A DNA stretch of 32,204 nt, taken from IMG/VR virus record IMGVR_UViG_3300042465_004912, positions 1 through 32,204 of that record; one strand, written 5' to 3'. Origin of the DNA: a virus (taxonomy: Duplodnaviria; Caudoviricetes). The notes below the pieces were generated by a model. It worked only from the letters and a program-made list of their open reading frames with translations. It had not been told where the DNA came from and searched no databases. Position numbers and translations under genes: made by a program. Of this stretch, positions 9,098 to 17,100 are shown one piece after another; positions within the stretch are counted from its first letter, which is position 1; every line of letters begins with the position of its first letter.

Positions 9098-9106
9098 TCC
9101 CCAACC

Positions 9107-9346
9107 ATGGAAATTGCCGATCCTCTGATTATCACCGCGATTGGTTCCCTGACCGGAGCAATCGTCATCCTGTTCCAACGCTCCGAGAAGTGCCTGCAAG
9201 CGAGGGACAAGCAGGAGGTGCGAATCGATATTTTGGAGCGTGCCATCTACGGATGTCCAATCACGGAGTGCCCAAACAAGCCCACATGGAAAGCGCCGAA
9301 TACTACTACCCTGTCCTGCTCGTTAAACCCAAACACACAACTATGA
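9107..9346 (+). CDS. Small membrane protein (holin/antiholin-like)
   Basis: N-terminal TM segment (LIITAIGSLTGAIVILF) plus short coiled coil. First gene of the lysis cluster. Confidence 0.5.
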   Translation: MEIADPLIITAIGSLTGAIVILFQRSEKCLQARDKQEVRIDILERAIYGCPITECPNKPTWKAPNTTTLSCSLNPNTQL

Positions 9347-9501
9347 AAAACTGGAAAACTACCTTCGGAGGATTGCTTGCTGCGCTTGGTCAAGGTCTCG
9401 GACTGAGCCTGCCCCCAGAATATCTCTGGATTGCTCAGGCGTTGGTGGGTATTGGTGTGCTCGTCATGGGCTACAGTGCCGTTGACGCCAAAACACCATG
9501 A
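9343..9501 (+). CDS. Holin-like protein with two TM segments (52 aa)
   Basis: MKNWKTTFGGLLAAL...ALVGIGVLVMGYSAVD. ATGA overlaps with both neighbours; start reassigned from the ORF track's 9190. Confidence 0.65.
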   Translation: MKNWKTTFGGLLAALGQGLGLSLPPEYLWIAQALVGIGVLVMGYSAVDAKTP

Positions 9502-9743
9502 AACGAACCATCCTCACATTATGCGCCGTAATGCTTTGCGGCACGCTGCCTTCCTGCATCAGTCTGACCGCAGAGATCGGGCTACCCGGCAGCGGAACAC
9601 CCGGCAATTTATCCGGCAAAATTGGCGGCACTTGGTCTTGGCCGCTGCCGAAGACCGAAGAACCTGCGTTGATCACTACCGAAGAGGCGTACAACATGGT
9701 CGCCAATGGTCCCGGCAAAAACCCTGTCCTTCCAATGCCATGA
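9498..9743 (+). CDS. Lipoprotein, possible spanin component
   Basis: Signal peptide MKRTILTLCAVMLCGTLPS-C with lipobox-like LPSC and a Pro/Gly-rich mature part. Lies in the lysis cluster. Confidence 0.55.
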   Translation: MKRTILTLCAVMLCGTLPSCISLTAEIGLPGSGTPGNLSGKIGGTWSWPLPKTEEPALITTEEAYNMVANGPGKNPVLPMP

Positions 9744-9958
9744 ACGATACTGAAGACCTTACCTTCAAGGACCACTTCTGGTTGATTCTGTTCTGCCTGT
9801 TTGCCATGGCATCGTTGCTCACCGCACTAATCCGTGCCGGAGTGGACGTACAGGACAACACACGGAGCCGTTACCACGACGCTAGCCTTGACCTTGAGAC
9901 GCAGCCGGTCACGACCACGCAGGCATACTACGAGCGGGAAAAAGCGACTGACAAATGA
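9740..9958 (+). CDS. Single-TM membrane protein (72 aa), possible inner-membrane spanin
   Basis: MNDTEDLTFKDHFWLILFCLFAMASLLTALI. ATGA-coupled on both sides. Confidence 0.5.
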   Translation: MNDTEDLTFKDHFWLILFCLFAMASLLTALIRAGVDVQDNTRSRYHDASLDLETQPVTTTQAYYEREKATDK

Positions 9959-10443
9959 ACTACTCTTTCGACCAGTACTTTCGTTGGTTGCTGCCTTGGG
10001 AAGGGACGGTCTACGAGAACGTGCCCGGTGACTCAGGGGGACCAACGAAGTACGGGATCGATCAGCGCAGTCACCCAACGGTCAATATCCGCGCACTGAC
10101 CGAAGCTAAAGCCAAAAAGATTTACCGGAACGATTACTGGCGGGCAATCGCAGGCGACCAATTGCAAACCAGAACCGCATGGGCAGTGATGGATAGCGCA
10201 GTCAACTGCGGCACCAAGCAAGCCGTGCGATGGCTGCAACGCGCTCTCAACGTCGAGGACGACGGGAGACTAGGCCCGGTGACCTTGGCCGCAGCAGCGG
10301 CATCACCAGACGGTCCTGTGGCTATGTCAGTCCTGCGCCAGCGTGGCGACCACTACCTTGCACTCGGCAAGCGTCCGCAGTTCCGCAAGTTCTTGAAGGG
10401 CTGGCTGAACCGCAACGAATCCCTTCGCAAAGTCCTCACTTAA
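9955..10443 (+). CDS. Endolysin, glycoside hydrolase family 108 with C-terminal peptidoglycan-binding domain
   Basis: WEG..ENVPGDSGGPTKYGI catalytic motif, IYRNDYW, DSAVNCG, LQRALNVEDDGRLGPVTL, FLKGWLNR. Confidence 0.9.
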   Translation: MNYSFDQYFRWLLPWEGTVYENVPGDSGGPTKYGIDQRSHPTVNIRALTEAKAKKIYRNDYWRAIAGDQLQTRTAWAVMDSAVNCGTKQAVRWLQRALNVEDDGRLGPVTLAAAAASPDGPVAMSVLRQRGDHYLALGKRPQFRKFLKGWLNRNESLRKVLT

Positions 10444-10451
10444 ATACAATT

Positions 10452-10775
10452 ATGCAATTTACCGTAAACGCTTCAGCAAACAACCAAGCCATCGTCTTCA
10501 CCCCGCAGCTTGGCCAAGGCAAGCTCCTGCTTGAGAACGTCAGCGCCACCGTTGCCTGCTACTTCCACCAAGGGCATTCACTTAACTCGGCGCTGGTAGC
10601 CAGCGGAGCGGAACCCGGCACGGTCACCGTCAACACGGAGTCTGCTGCCCATACGGCCAACTCCTCCCGGCTTGCTGCTGGCGAGTCCATTGTGCTGGAC
10701 TTCACCAACGCAGTGCGTGTCCACTCCGGTGCGGCCAACGTCGCAATTACAGTCAACGCCACTCCACTGACCTAG
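10452..10775 (+). CDS. Hypothetical beta-rich virion protein (107 aa)
   Basis: ATG after an A-rich leader, phage-like codon usage, SRLAAGESIVLD motif. Start reassigned. Confidence 0.55.
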   Translation: MQFTVNASANNQAIVFTPQLGQGKLLLENVSATVACYFHQGHSLNSALVASGAEPGTVTVNTESAAHTANSSRLAAGESIVLDFTNAVRVHSGAANVAITVNATPLT

Positions 10776-10776
10776 T

Positions 10777-10941
10777 ATGCCATCATCCGTTCCATCCGTT
10801 CCGTCGATCAAAGGCAAGGGCAAGCTTGGCATTGGCATTCGTGCGCCGATTGCTACTGCTGGCGGCACGTCCACCTACATCCAATCAGACAACACTAAGT
10901 TTTTCCAGCCCGACGGTTCATCCCTTTACCTGATCCCATAA
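10777..10941 (+). CDS. Small hypothetical protein (54 aa), below the ORF-track cutoff
   Basis: MPSSVPSVPSIKGKGKLGIGIRAP...FFQPDGSSLYLIP* exactly fills the gap between neighbouring genes. Confidence 0.55.
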   Translation: MPSSVPSVPSIKGKGKLGIGIRAPIATAGGTSTYIQSDNTKFFQPDGSSLYLIP

Positions 10942-10945
10942 TTTT

Positions 10946-11905
10946 ATGCCTGACTACACCGTAAAAGCCGATGTCGATTCGATGCTCCGTGCCGACAACG
11001 ACGCAGGAATCAGATCCGCCATCGGCCTAGGCCAAACGGACGCGCCGACGTTTGGCGGATTAAATTTATCTAATGGCTGGCAGTTTGTAACAAATTCTAG
11101 TTTTATTCGTATAAATAGTAGTTCAGGGGGGCAGGGACACATTCAAATAGGAGCTGGATATACTATCTTAAATAGTAGACAGTTAAGTTTTCAAGATGCT
11201 ACAATTTTTAATACCGCTGCCAACATTCTTGAACAAAGAAACGGGGGCAGCAGACAAGCCTTCCGAGTCTACAACACTTACACCAGCGACACTGTTTACG
11301 AGCGGGCCGTGATGGGCTGGAATGCAACTACTGGCAACCTAGATATTGGAACTGAGTTTCTGGGCGGTAGCGGAATGGCGGCAAAGCCGATTGATTTTGT
11401 GACTGGTGGGGTGGCGCGTTGGCAGATTTCTGCGGCTGGGCATTTGATGAGCGCGGGAGTGACAGACAACCTCTACGACATCGGCGCGAGTGGGGCGAAT
11501 AGGCCGAAGAATATTTATTTGTCTGGGTTTATTTCCAGTGAACTTGGCTACGGAAAATCTGGATTGAGCGGGGCAAGTCAGGGCCTTCAATTTAGTGGCA
11601 GCACTACAAATATCGTTGGAGGAGCAGCCGGAGCTTCGGTGCAACTAGTAACCAATGATGGCACTCTATACATTAGCTGCATACCAGGGCTGACCAGATT
11701 TGTCGGCACCACCTCCGCATTCCCCGCGATCAAGCGCAGCACCACAAGCCTGCAAGCCCGTCTTGCTGATGACAGCGCATTTACCAACATCCAAGGCAAG
11801 CTGACCACAGACACCGCATACACTGCCACTGTAGTCGTCCCAACCGGATTCCTGACGCTCTACGATTCGACCGGGACTGCATACCGGGTGCCTTGCGTCG
11901 TCTAA
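10946..11905 (+). CDS. Second tail-fibre/receptor-binding-like protein
   Basis: Gly/Ser/Thr-rich beta composition, LEQRNG..QAFRVYNTYT, YDIGASGANRPKNIY and a C-terminal GFLTLYDSTGTAYRVPCV typical of phage fibres. Confidence 0.65.
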   Translation: MPDYTVKADVDSMLRADNDAGIRSAIGLGQTDAPTFGGLNLSNGWQFVTNSSFIRINSSSGGQGHIQIGAGYTILNSRQLSFQDATIFNTAANILEQRNGGSRQAFRVYNTYTSDTVYERAVMGWNATTGNLDIGTEFLGGSGMAAKPIDFVTGGVARWQISAAGHLMSAGVTDNLYDIGASGANRPKNIYLSGFISSELGYGKSGLSGASQGLQFSGSTTNIVGGAAGASVQLVTNDGTLYISCIPGLTRFVGTTSAFPAIKRSTTSLQARLADDSAFTNIQGKLTTDTAYTATVVVPTGFLTLYDSTGTAYRVPCVV

Positions 11906-11917
11906 TCAATCCCACAC

Positions 11918-12109
11918 ATGACCCCAACCTACAAACAAAACCTAGTCACCAGTCGCCAAGCCAACCTCGCCGAGCAGCATGATCTGCGGGAGAGGCTTAA
12001 GCAGTTGGAATCCGAAGAAATCCAGTTGAAGGGCGCAATTGCCATCCTGACTCAGATCGAATCTGCCGAAGCCGAGAAGGCCAAGGCTGAATCACAACCC
12101 ACTACCTAA
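11918..12109 (+). CDS. Small coiled-coil protein, possible fibre chaperone
   Basis: Heptad pattern LRERLKQLESEEIQLKGAIAIL. Directly follows the fibre gene. Confidence 0.55.
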   Translation: MTPTYKQNLVTSRQANLAEQHDLRERLKQLESEEIQLKGAIAILTQIESAEAEKAKAESQPTT

Positions 12110-12115
12110 TAACAT

Positions 12116-12454
12116 ATGGCTACCATTACCATCCCACTTGATACTCCGGCAGAACGTCCTGAGGTTCCGTCGAAAGTTTACAACGAAATCTACATCATGG
12201 ACCTTGCCATCAGTGCGCGGTCTATGGGAGCGCAGGACAGCATCTATGTTGAGTATGTCCCATTTGACCAGGCTACTGGCGACCGGCTTCTTTCGGATCG
12301 GCGGGAGGTGAGGCTTCCGTTTTGGGAGGCCGTGAATTTGATTCCTTCCGCTGCGGATGCTTTTGCTGCGGTTGCGCTTTGTTTGCCGGATTTGATTGCT
12401 TATCAGGCGGCTAAGGAAGCGGCGGCTTTGGTTCCGGTTGATCCTGCTGAGTAA
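12116..12454 (+). CDS. Hypothetical protein, possible tail-fibre assembly protein
   Basis: 112-aa ORF, last gene before the terminator. Confidence 0.55.
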   Translation: MATITIPLDTPAERPEVPSKVYNEIYIMDLAISARSMGAQDSIYVEYVPFDQATGDRLLSDRREVRLPFWEAVNLIPSAADAFAAVALCLPDLIAYQAAKEAAALVPVDPAE

Positions 12455-12466
12455 GTTCATCGTCCC

Positions 12467-12505
12467 AGCCCTTGAGTGGTTCCGACTGCTCAAGGGCTTT
12501 CTTTT
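12467..12505 (+). terminator. Rho-independent terminator ending the late/lysis operon
   Basis: AGCCCTTGAG...CTCAAGGGCT stem followed by TTCTTTT. Confidence 0.85.
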
Positions 12506-12530
12506 GCCCATGTCCTAAAAAGACTTTAAA

Positions 12531-12564
12531 CAGTCATTGACGACTGCAATCTTTGTGTCATCAT
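12531..12564 (+). promoter_or_regulatory. Putative sigma70-type promoter (TTGACG-N16-CATCAT, TG extension) with inverted repeat CAGTC-N6-GACTG over the -35
   Basis: TTGACG at 12537-12542 and CATCAT at 12559-12564. Lies just after the terminator, 9 nt before the RHH gene ATG. Confidence 0.55.
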
Positions 12565-12573
12565 CTGAGGCAT

Positions 12574-12759
12574 ATGGAACTAAACAAAACCAAACCAAGC
12601 ATCCACGTTGGGTTCAAACTGGACCCAAGGGATTATCTCAAGCTGGGCTTTATTGCGTCCAAGACCGGAACAAGCCGGTCACACATTGCCAAGGAAGCAA
12701 CGCTTCAGTTTCTCGCCGGACTCGGTGGCGGCAACAGCAAGGGAGGAACATCCAAATGA
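12574..12759 (+). CDS. Ribbon-helix-helix (CopG/Arc-like) DNA-binding protein
   Basis: IHVGFKLD strand, then DYLKLGFIASKTG and TSRSHIAKEATLQFL helices. Confidence 0.65.
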   Translation: MELNKTKPSIHVGFKLDPRDYLKLGFIASKTGTSRSHIAKEATLQFLAGLGGGNSKGGTSK

Positions 12760-12953
12760 GCACGTTGCAGCTTGAAGCCATGCAAAAAGCCGGTGAAGGC
12801 GACATGCTCCTTGGCATTATCTACATAATCCTCGGTAGCTTGGGTCTGCTTATCCTGTGGCATTTCTCGCACGAACGTCGTCTGCTGGATCGGCAGCGCC
12901 GTCAGCAAATCCGCCGGGAGTGGCGAGCACTTAATGTTCGCGGACTGAACTAA
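12756..12953 (+). CDS. Small single-TM protein
   Basis: LLGIIYIILGSLGLLILW followed by an Arg-rich tail. ATGA overlap. Confidence 0.55.
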   Translation: MSTLQLEAMQKAGEGDMLLGIIYIILGSLGLLILWHFSHERRLLDRQRRQQIRREWRALNVRGLN

Positions 12954-12963
12954 AAATTTCCGA

Positions 12964-13016
12964 CCAGTCGCCTGATCTAAACAAACCCTTGGAGGGGAGC
13001 GGGGTCAGGCGGCTGG
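12964..13016 (+). other. Intergenic RNA stem-loop
   Basis: CCAGTCGCCTGATC (12964-12977) pairs with GGTCAGGCGGCTGG (13003-13016), 14 bp including 2 G-U pairs. Confidence 0.6.
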
Positions 13017-13039
13017 AAGGATTACAACACAACACTACT

Positions 13040-13240
13040 ATGACGACAAACCAAGACCAAGACCCCATCTGGATCACTCAACAGCAACTGGCTTCCCGTT
13101 GGGACGTCAGCACCATGTTTTTGTGGAGGCTGCGGAAAGACAAAAAGATTACGGCTTACCGGATCGGCAAGCGTGCCGTGCGCTACCGGCTCAGCGACGT
13201 TGTTGCAGTCGAAGCCAACCTCGGGATTGCCGGAGAATAA
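13040..13240 (+). CDS. Excisionase/AlpA-like winged-HTH DNA-binding protein
   Basis: WITQQQLASRWDVSTMFLWRLRK..RIGKRAVRYRLSDV. Confidence 0.75.
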   Translation: MTTNQDQDPIWITQQQLASRWDVSTMFLWRLRKDKKITAYRIGKRAVRYRLSDVVAVEANLGIAGE

Positions 13241-13259
13241 TCATCAACTAAATCAACCA

Positions 13260-13958
13260 ATGTCCACTGAACTCAAAACAATCACCGCACCATCTGCCCC
13301 GCCGGTCTCAGCCCTTGCCGTACTGGCAAGCAAGCTGCACTGCGATCCCAGCAAGCTACTGGCAACGCTGACCAGCACCGTATTCAAGGGCGCGACCACC
13401 GAGGAGCTACTGTCCTTGGTTGTCGTTGCCAATGTGTACGGTCTCAATCCTTTGCTGAAGGAGCTATACGCCTTCCCTGCGAAGGGCGGGGGCATCGTCC
13501 CAATCGTCTCAATCGACGGCTGGCTTCGCATCATCAACGACCATTCGCAGATGGACGGCATCCGAACGACCGTTGAGGATGGACCGGACGGCTTGCCGAT
13601 CTCCTGCACCTGCGAAATCTACCGGAAAGATCGCAGCTACCCTACGGTAGCGACCGAGTATTACAGCGAGTGCAAACGCAACACGGAGCCGTGGAAAATG
13701 GCTCACCGCATGCTGCGTCACAAAGCCATCATACAGTGCGCCAGAATCGCCTTTGGCTTCTCCGGCATACATGATGAGGACGAAGGTGCTGTGATCGGCG
13801 AGAGGCCCGCCAAAGGCCGGGAAATCAACACTGCACGCACCGTGCCCCTTGATCCGTTCGCAGCCGCCCCGGTGACGATCCTGCAAGCCACTGAAAGCTG
13901 GGACACTGAGCAATCGGACGAGGAAAACTTCATCGATGACAACGGAGGTGCAGCGTAA
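13260..13958 (+). CDS. bet: Lambda Bet/RecT-family single-strand annealing recombinase
   Basis: YGLNPLLKELYAFP..GGIVPIVSIDGWLRIINDH..CTCEIYRKDRSYP..EYYSEC..PW..HRMLRHKAIIQCARIAFGFSGI closely follows the Red-beta motif series. Confidence 0.92.
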   Translation: MSTELKTITAPSAPPVSALAVLASKLHCDPSKLLATLTSTVFKGATTEELLSLVVVANVYGLNPLLKELYAFPAKGGGIVPIVSIDGWLRIINDHSQMDGIRTTVEDGPDGLPISCTCEIYRKDRSYPTVATEYYSECKRNTEPWKMAHRMLRHKAIIQCARIAFGFSGIHDEDEGAVIGERPAKGREINTARTVPLDPFAAAPVTILQATESWDTEQSDEENFIDDNGGAA

Positions 13959-14341
13959 TGAACATCAGCGAAACAATATCGAACGTGCGCCAATGGGGCT
14001 TGGACAAAGGCATCACGGGAACCGGAGGTTTTGGCACCTTGCTTGGTCAATTAAGCAAATCCCAAGAAGAACTTACGGAAACACGGGATGCCGCTTTGCT
14101 GTTTACGTATTCGGGATGGGGACAGCACCGTGAAGAATTGGCGGATGGGATCGGCGACTGCACCGTCACGTTGATTCTTGCTGCGGAAATGGCTGGACTG
14201 AAATTTGAGAAGTGCTTGGAAGCTGCCTATAACGTGATCAAAAACCGCACCGGGAAGATGATTGATGGGCAATTTGTCAAGGACGAGGGGCAGGTGATCA
14301 GTGACACGGAGTACACCGAGGAGGTCCAAGACAATGCTTGA
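13958..14341 (+). CDS. MazG-like nucleotide pyrophosphohydrolase
   Basis: QWGLDKGI..QLSKSQEELTE..DGIGDCTVTLI..CLEAAYNVIKNRTGKMIDGQFVK. Confidence 0.85.
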   Translation: MNISETISNVRQWGLDKGITGTGGFGTLLGQLSKSQEELTETRDAALLFTYSGWGQHREELADGIGDCTVTLILAAEMAGLKFEKCLEAAYNVIKNRTGKMIDGQFVKDEGQVISDTEYTEEVQDNA

Positions 14342-14771
14342 TCTGCTCTTCTCCGATGAGGATGCCGACTTCCGGCTTTTAAAGTGGGGACTCGACCGGC
14401 ACGGGTACGCTCGACGCACGATTAACAATAAACCTCTGCCTCCCGTCCGTGCCTTTGCCCACCACTTGGTGCTGGAGCGATCCTACGGACGTCGTCCTGA
14501 CTGGTCAATCCGTGAAGTCTGCGACCACATTGACCGCAACAAATTGAACAACCGCCGGGAGAATCTTCGCATTGTCTCAATTGTCGAAAACGCACGCAAC
14601 AAGGATTACAGCAACTGCAAGTACTACATCAAAACTCCTACAGGAAAGTTCCAAGCACAGTACTGGCACAACGGAAAGACCATCTACATTGGGCTTTTTG
14701 ATACCCCAGAGGAAGCAAGGGCAGCAACACTCGCCGCAAAGGCAAAGGCATCACAACCAGAAACATTATGA
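14334..14771 (+). CDS. HNH endonuclease with C-terminal AP2 domain (homing-endonuclease-like)
   Basis: CDHIDRNKLNNRRENLR..N (HNH_3-like) plus KFQAQYWHNGKTIYIGLFDTPEEA (AP2-like). Confidence 0.88.
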   Translation: MLDLLFSDEDADFRLLKWGLDRHGYARRTINNKPLPPVRAFAHHLVLERSYGRRPDWSIREVCDHIDRNKLNNRRENLRIVSIVENARNKDYSNCKYYIKTPTGKFQAQYWHNGKTIYIGLFDTPEEARAATLAAKAKASQPETL

Positions 14772-15400
14772 TCATTCACGAAAAAGTTATACAGGGTTCA
14801 GACGCATGGTTTGCTTTGCGCCGGGGACGACCGACAGCGTCCCGGTTCAAGGACATCATCACCGCAGCCAAGGGAGACCTGTCCAAGTCTGCGCCAGCAT
14901 ACATTGCCGAGTTGATCGGCGAATGCTTTGTGCCGGACTGGATTGACTTTGCTGGCAATAAGTTCACCGACAGGGGCACCGAGCTTGAGCCGGTGGCACG
15001 CAAAGCATTTGACGACTACACCAACTACAAGACGACCGAGGTAGGCTTTGTCACCCGCGCAGACGGAGTTGTTGGATGCAGCCCTGATGGACTGATCACC
15101 GGACCTTCCGGCGGATACATGAGCGGCGTGGAAATCAAGTGCCCCTCCCCTAAAGTCCACGTTTGCTGGATCATGGCAGGAGGATTGCCGGACGAGCACA
15201 AGCAACAAGTGCATGGCAGCATGGCAGTGACCGGGCTGAACTCATGGCACTTCTTCAGCTACTTCCCCGGCTTGCAGCCCTTCCACACAATCGTCCACCG
15301 GGATGCCTACACCGCAAAGCTTTCCGCTTCCCTCGACCAATTCCTTATCGACTATGCCGCTGCCAGATCAGCGGTGATTCCCAAACTCTCTCTCACATAA
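14768..15400 (+). CDS. YqaJ/lambda-exonuclease-family recombination exonuclease
   Basis: QGSDAWFALRRGRPTAS, RGTELEP.AR, GCSPDGL, EIKCP, QVHGSM. Confidence 0.9.
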   Translation: MIIHEKVIQGSDAWFALRRGRPTASRFKDIITAAKGDLSKSAPAYIAELIGECFVPDWIDFAGNKFTDRGTELEPVARKAFDDYTNYKTTEVGFVTRADGVVGCSPDGLITGPSGGYMSGVEIKCPSPKVHVCWIMAGGLPDEHKQQVHGSMAVTGLNSWHFFSYFPGLQPFHTIVHRDAYTAKLSASLDQFLIDYAAARSAVIPKLSLT

Positions 15401-15417
15401 ATTAAACACACAACACT

Positions 15418-15756
15418 ATGTCTCAAATCCTCACACTTAAAATCGACGTCATGAAGCTGGACCGAGAAGCTTTCTACAAAGGCGACAAGGGTACCTACGC
15501 AACACTTTCCGTTTTTGTAAACGACGAGAAAGACCAGTACGGAAACTTCGGCATGGTCAAACAAGACCTTGGCAAGGAGCGCCGGGAAGCCGGGGAGCGC
15601 GGGCCAATCGTTGGCAACGTCACCCGTATCAACAACCAGCAGAACAACGGTCCCGGCATTGCCAATCAGATGCGTCCGCCAATGCAGCAAGCCACTCCTG
15701 TTCGTGGAGCAAGCAACAATTACCAACAAGACGAATCGGATTCCATACCGTTTTAA
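15418..15756 (+). CDS. Putative single-stranded DNA-binding protein
   Basis: Beta-rich N-terminal domain, Q/N/P-rich linker and acidic DESDSIPF tail. Follows the exonuclease. Confidence 0.65.
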   Translation: MSQILTLKIDVMKLDREAFYKGDKGTYATLSVFVNDEKDQYGNFGMVKQDLGKERREAGERGPIVGNVTRINNQQNNGPGIANQMRPPMQQATPVRGASNNYQQDESDSIPF

Positions 15757-15770
15757 CTTAAACCAACCTC

Positions 15771-15801
15771 GCCCGCTCCTTGAGTAAATCAGGGGGCGGG
15801 C
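15771..15801 (+). other. GC-rich intergenic hairpin without a U-tract
   Basis: GCCCGCTCCTTGA-GTAAA-TCAGGGGGCGGGC, 13 bp including 2 G-U pairs. Confidence 0.55.
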
Positions 15802-15802
15802 A

Positions 15803-16066
15803 ATGCCATCAACCAAGATGACCCCGCCAAAATTCTCCAAACCAAAACAGAATCTGTGCCCATCTGAAGTTCAGAACCGCAGGGACTACCGCACGATCTT
15901 TACGATCCGGCGTCCCAAAATGGAGCACATTTCCACTAAGCCTGTTGGCGCAGGCATGGTTCAATCTTTGCGTCCCGTTTGGGATGAGTCTGACAAAGCC
16001 GAAGCGGAAATGAAAGAATGGATTTCCGTCAACAACCTGCACGACCGTGAAACGTCGTTACGCTAA
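15803..16066 (+). CDS. Hypothetical protein
   Basis: ORF tiles the operon. Confidence 0.45.
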   Translation: MPSTKMTPPKFSKPKQNLCPSEVQNRRDYRTIFTIRRPKMEHISTKPVGAGMVQSLRPVWDESDKAEAEMKEWISVNNLHDRETSLR

Positions 16067-16081
16067 GAAACCAACCAAGCC

Positions 16082-16429
16082 ATGATCATTTCAACCGAAC
16101 TTGCCGCATCCCTGCAAAACATTTTGCCCTACGTTGTCACCCGTGTAATCAACTGCGGCGAGGAAGCATGCGGAAAACTTAACTGTTGGAATTGCTGGGG
16201 ATCAGAAAAGGCAGAAGCAGAGGCAACCGCAGCTGAAGCGATCTTGCAGCAAGCAAAGAAAGTCCTCAAGGCATGGAAAGCGGACCAAAAATGCAACTGT
16301 GATGCAGGGGATTTCCGTCACCGGACGATTCCTCCTATCTGTCCTGAATACTTTGGGGACGATGAATTTTGCGGCGTTTGCTGGCATGATAAAGAATGTC
16401 ATCAACCCAAACCAGAAACCACAATATGA
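16082..16429 (+). CDS. Cys-rich hypothetical protein (possible zinc binding)
   Basis: CWNC and CGVCWH..CH motifs, A/C-rich leader. Confidence 0.55.
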   Translation: MIISTELAASLQNILPYVVTRVINCGEEACGKLNCWNCWGSEKAEAEATAAEAILQQAKKVLKAWKADQKCNCDAGDFRHRTIPPICPEYFGDDEFCGVCWHDKECHQPKPETTI

Positions 16430-16632
16430 CCCCAGAACAACGAGAAAAACTAAGGGCCGACATCCACAGGGTCGCCTCAGTCCTGCCTGTTGAGGTGCTG
16501 GCCCTTGGCTACATCCGATACGAGAAATTGCGACTGCTTAACGCATCACAATATGCGGACTTAAATCGGAAGACCTTAACAGGGCAGGGTCATTTTGATG
16601 ATCTTGTCGATCAATTGGAGGAGCCGAAATGA
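16426..16632 (+). CDS. Hypothetical protein
   Basis: ATGA-coupled ORF MTPEQREKL... Confidence 0.55.
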   Translation: MTPEQREKLRADIHRVASVLPVEVLALGYIRYEKLRLLNASQYADLNRKTLTGQGHFDDLVDQLEEPK

Positions 16633-16832
16633 GACGAGCCATCTATGTCGGAGACGACACTGGACTCCTGCGGTACGGCATGACCGGGACCATTACTTTG
16701 TTTGGATCGCCCGATCCTTCCTTCGTGTGGTTTGCCCCTGACGGTCAAAGGCATGGAGCATGGATGATCTACCGTTGCGACTGTTACGTTGCCACCGAGG
16801 ACCAACAAAGGCACTGCCCCAGCCGCGCATAA
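16629..16832 (+). CDS. Hypothetical protein
   Basis: ATGA-coupled ORF. Confidence 0.5.
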   Translation: MRRAIYVGDDTGLLRYGMTGTITLFGSPDPSFVWFAPDGQRHGAWMIYRCDCYVATEDQQRHCPSRA

Positions 16833-16851
16833 TTAAACCAACCACAAAACC

Positions 16852-17100
16852 ATGAGCGACACCTTAGAAACAGACATTCTGCTTGAAGGAGAGGGCACGC
16901 AGTGCAGCGTAAACATAGTCAAATTGCTCAATCTCTGCCGCAAGTTTGAGCGCGAGCGCAACGACGCCGTCGCCGCAATAAACGACTGCGTGAATTGGGC
17001 TAACGGAAAAGAAGACGAATGGGGGACTCGTGCTGAAAACTCCTTTAATTTCCTGCATCGTTTTTTGGCCAAATGCAAAACCGACCAGCCAAAATTATGA
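16852..17100 (+). CDS. Hypothetical protein
   Basis: A/C-rich leader CAAAACCATG; LCRKFERERN motif common in small phage proteins. Confidence 0.55.
   Translation: MSDTLETDILLEGEGTQCSVNIVKLLNLCRKFERERNDAVAAINDCVNWANGKEDEWGTRAENSFNFLHRFLAKCKTDQPKL

Noticed and set aside
6953-12454. Diversity-generating retroelement targeting the fibres, as in BPP-1
   Set aside because: No reverse transcriptase and no TR/VR repeat pair found by eye in the window.
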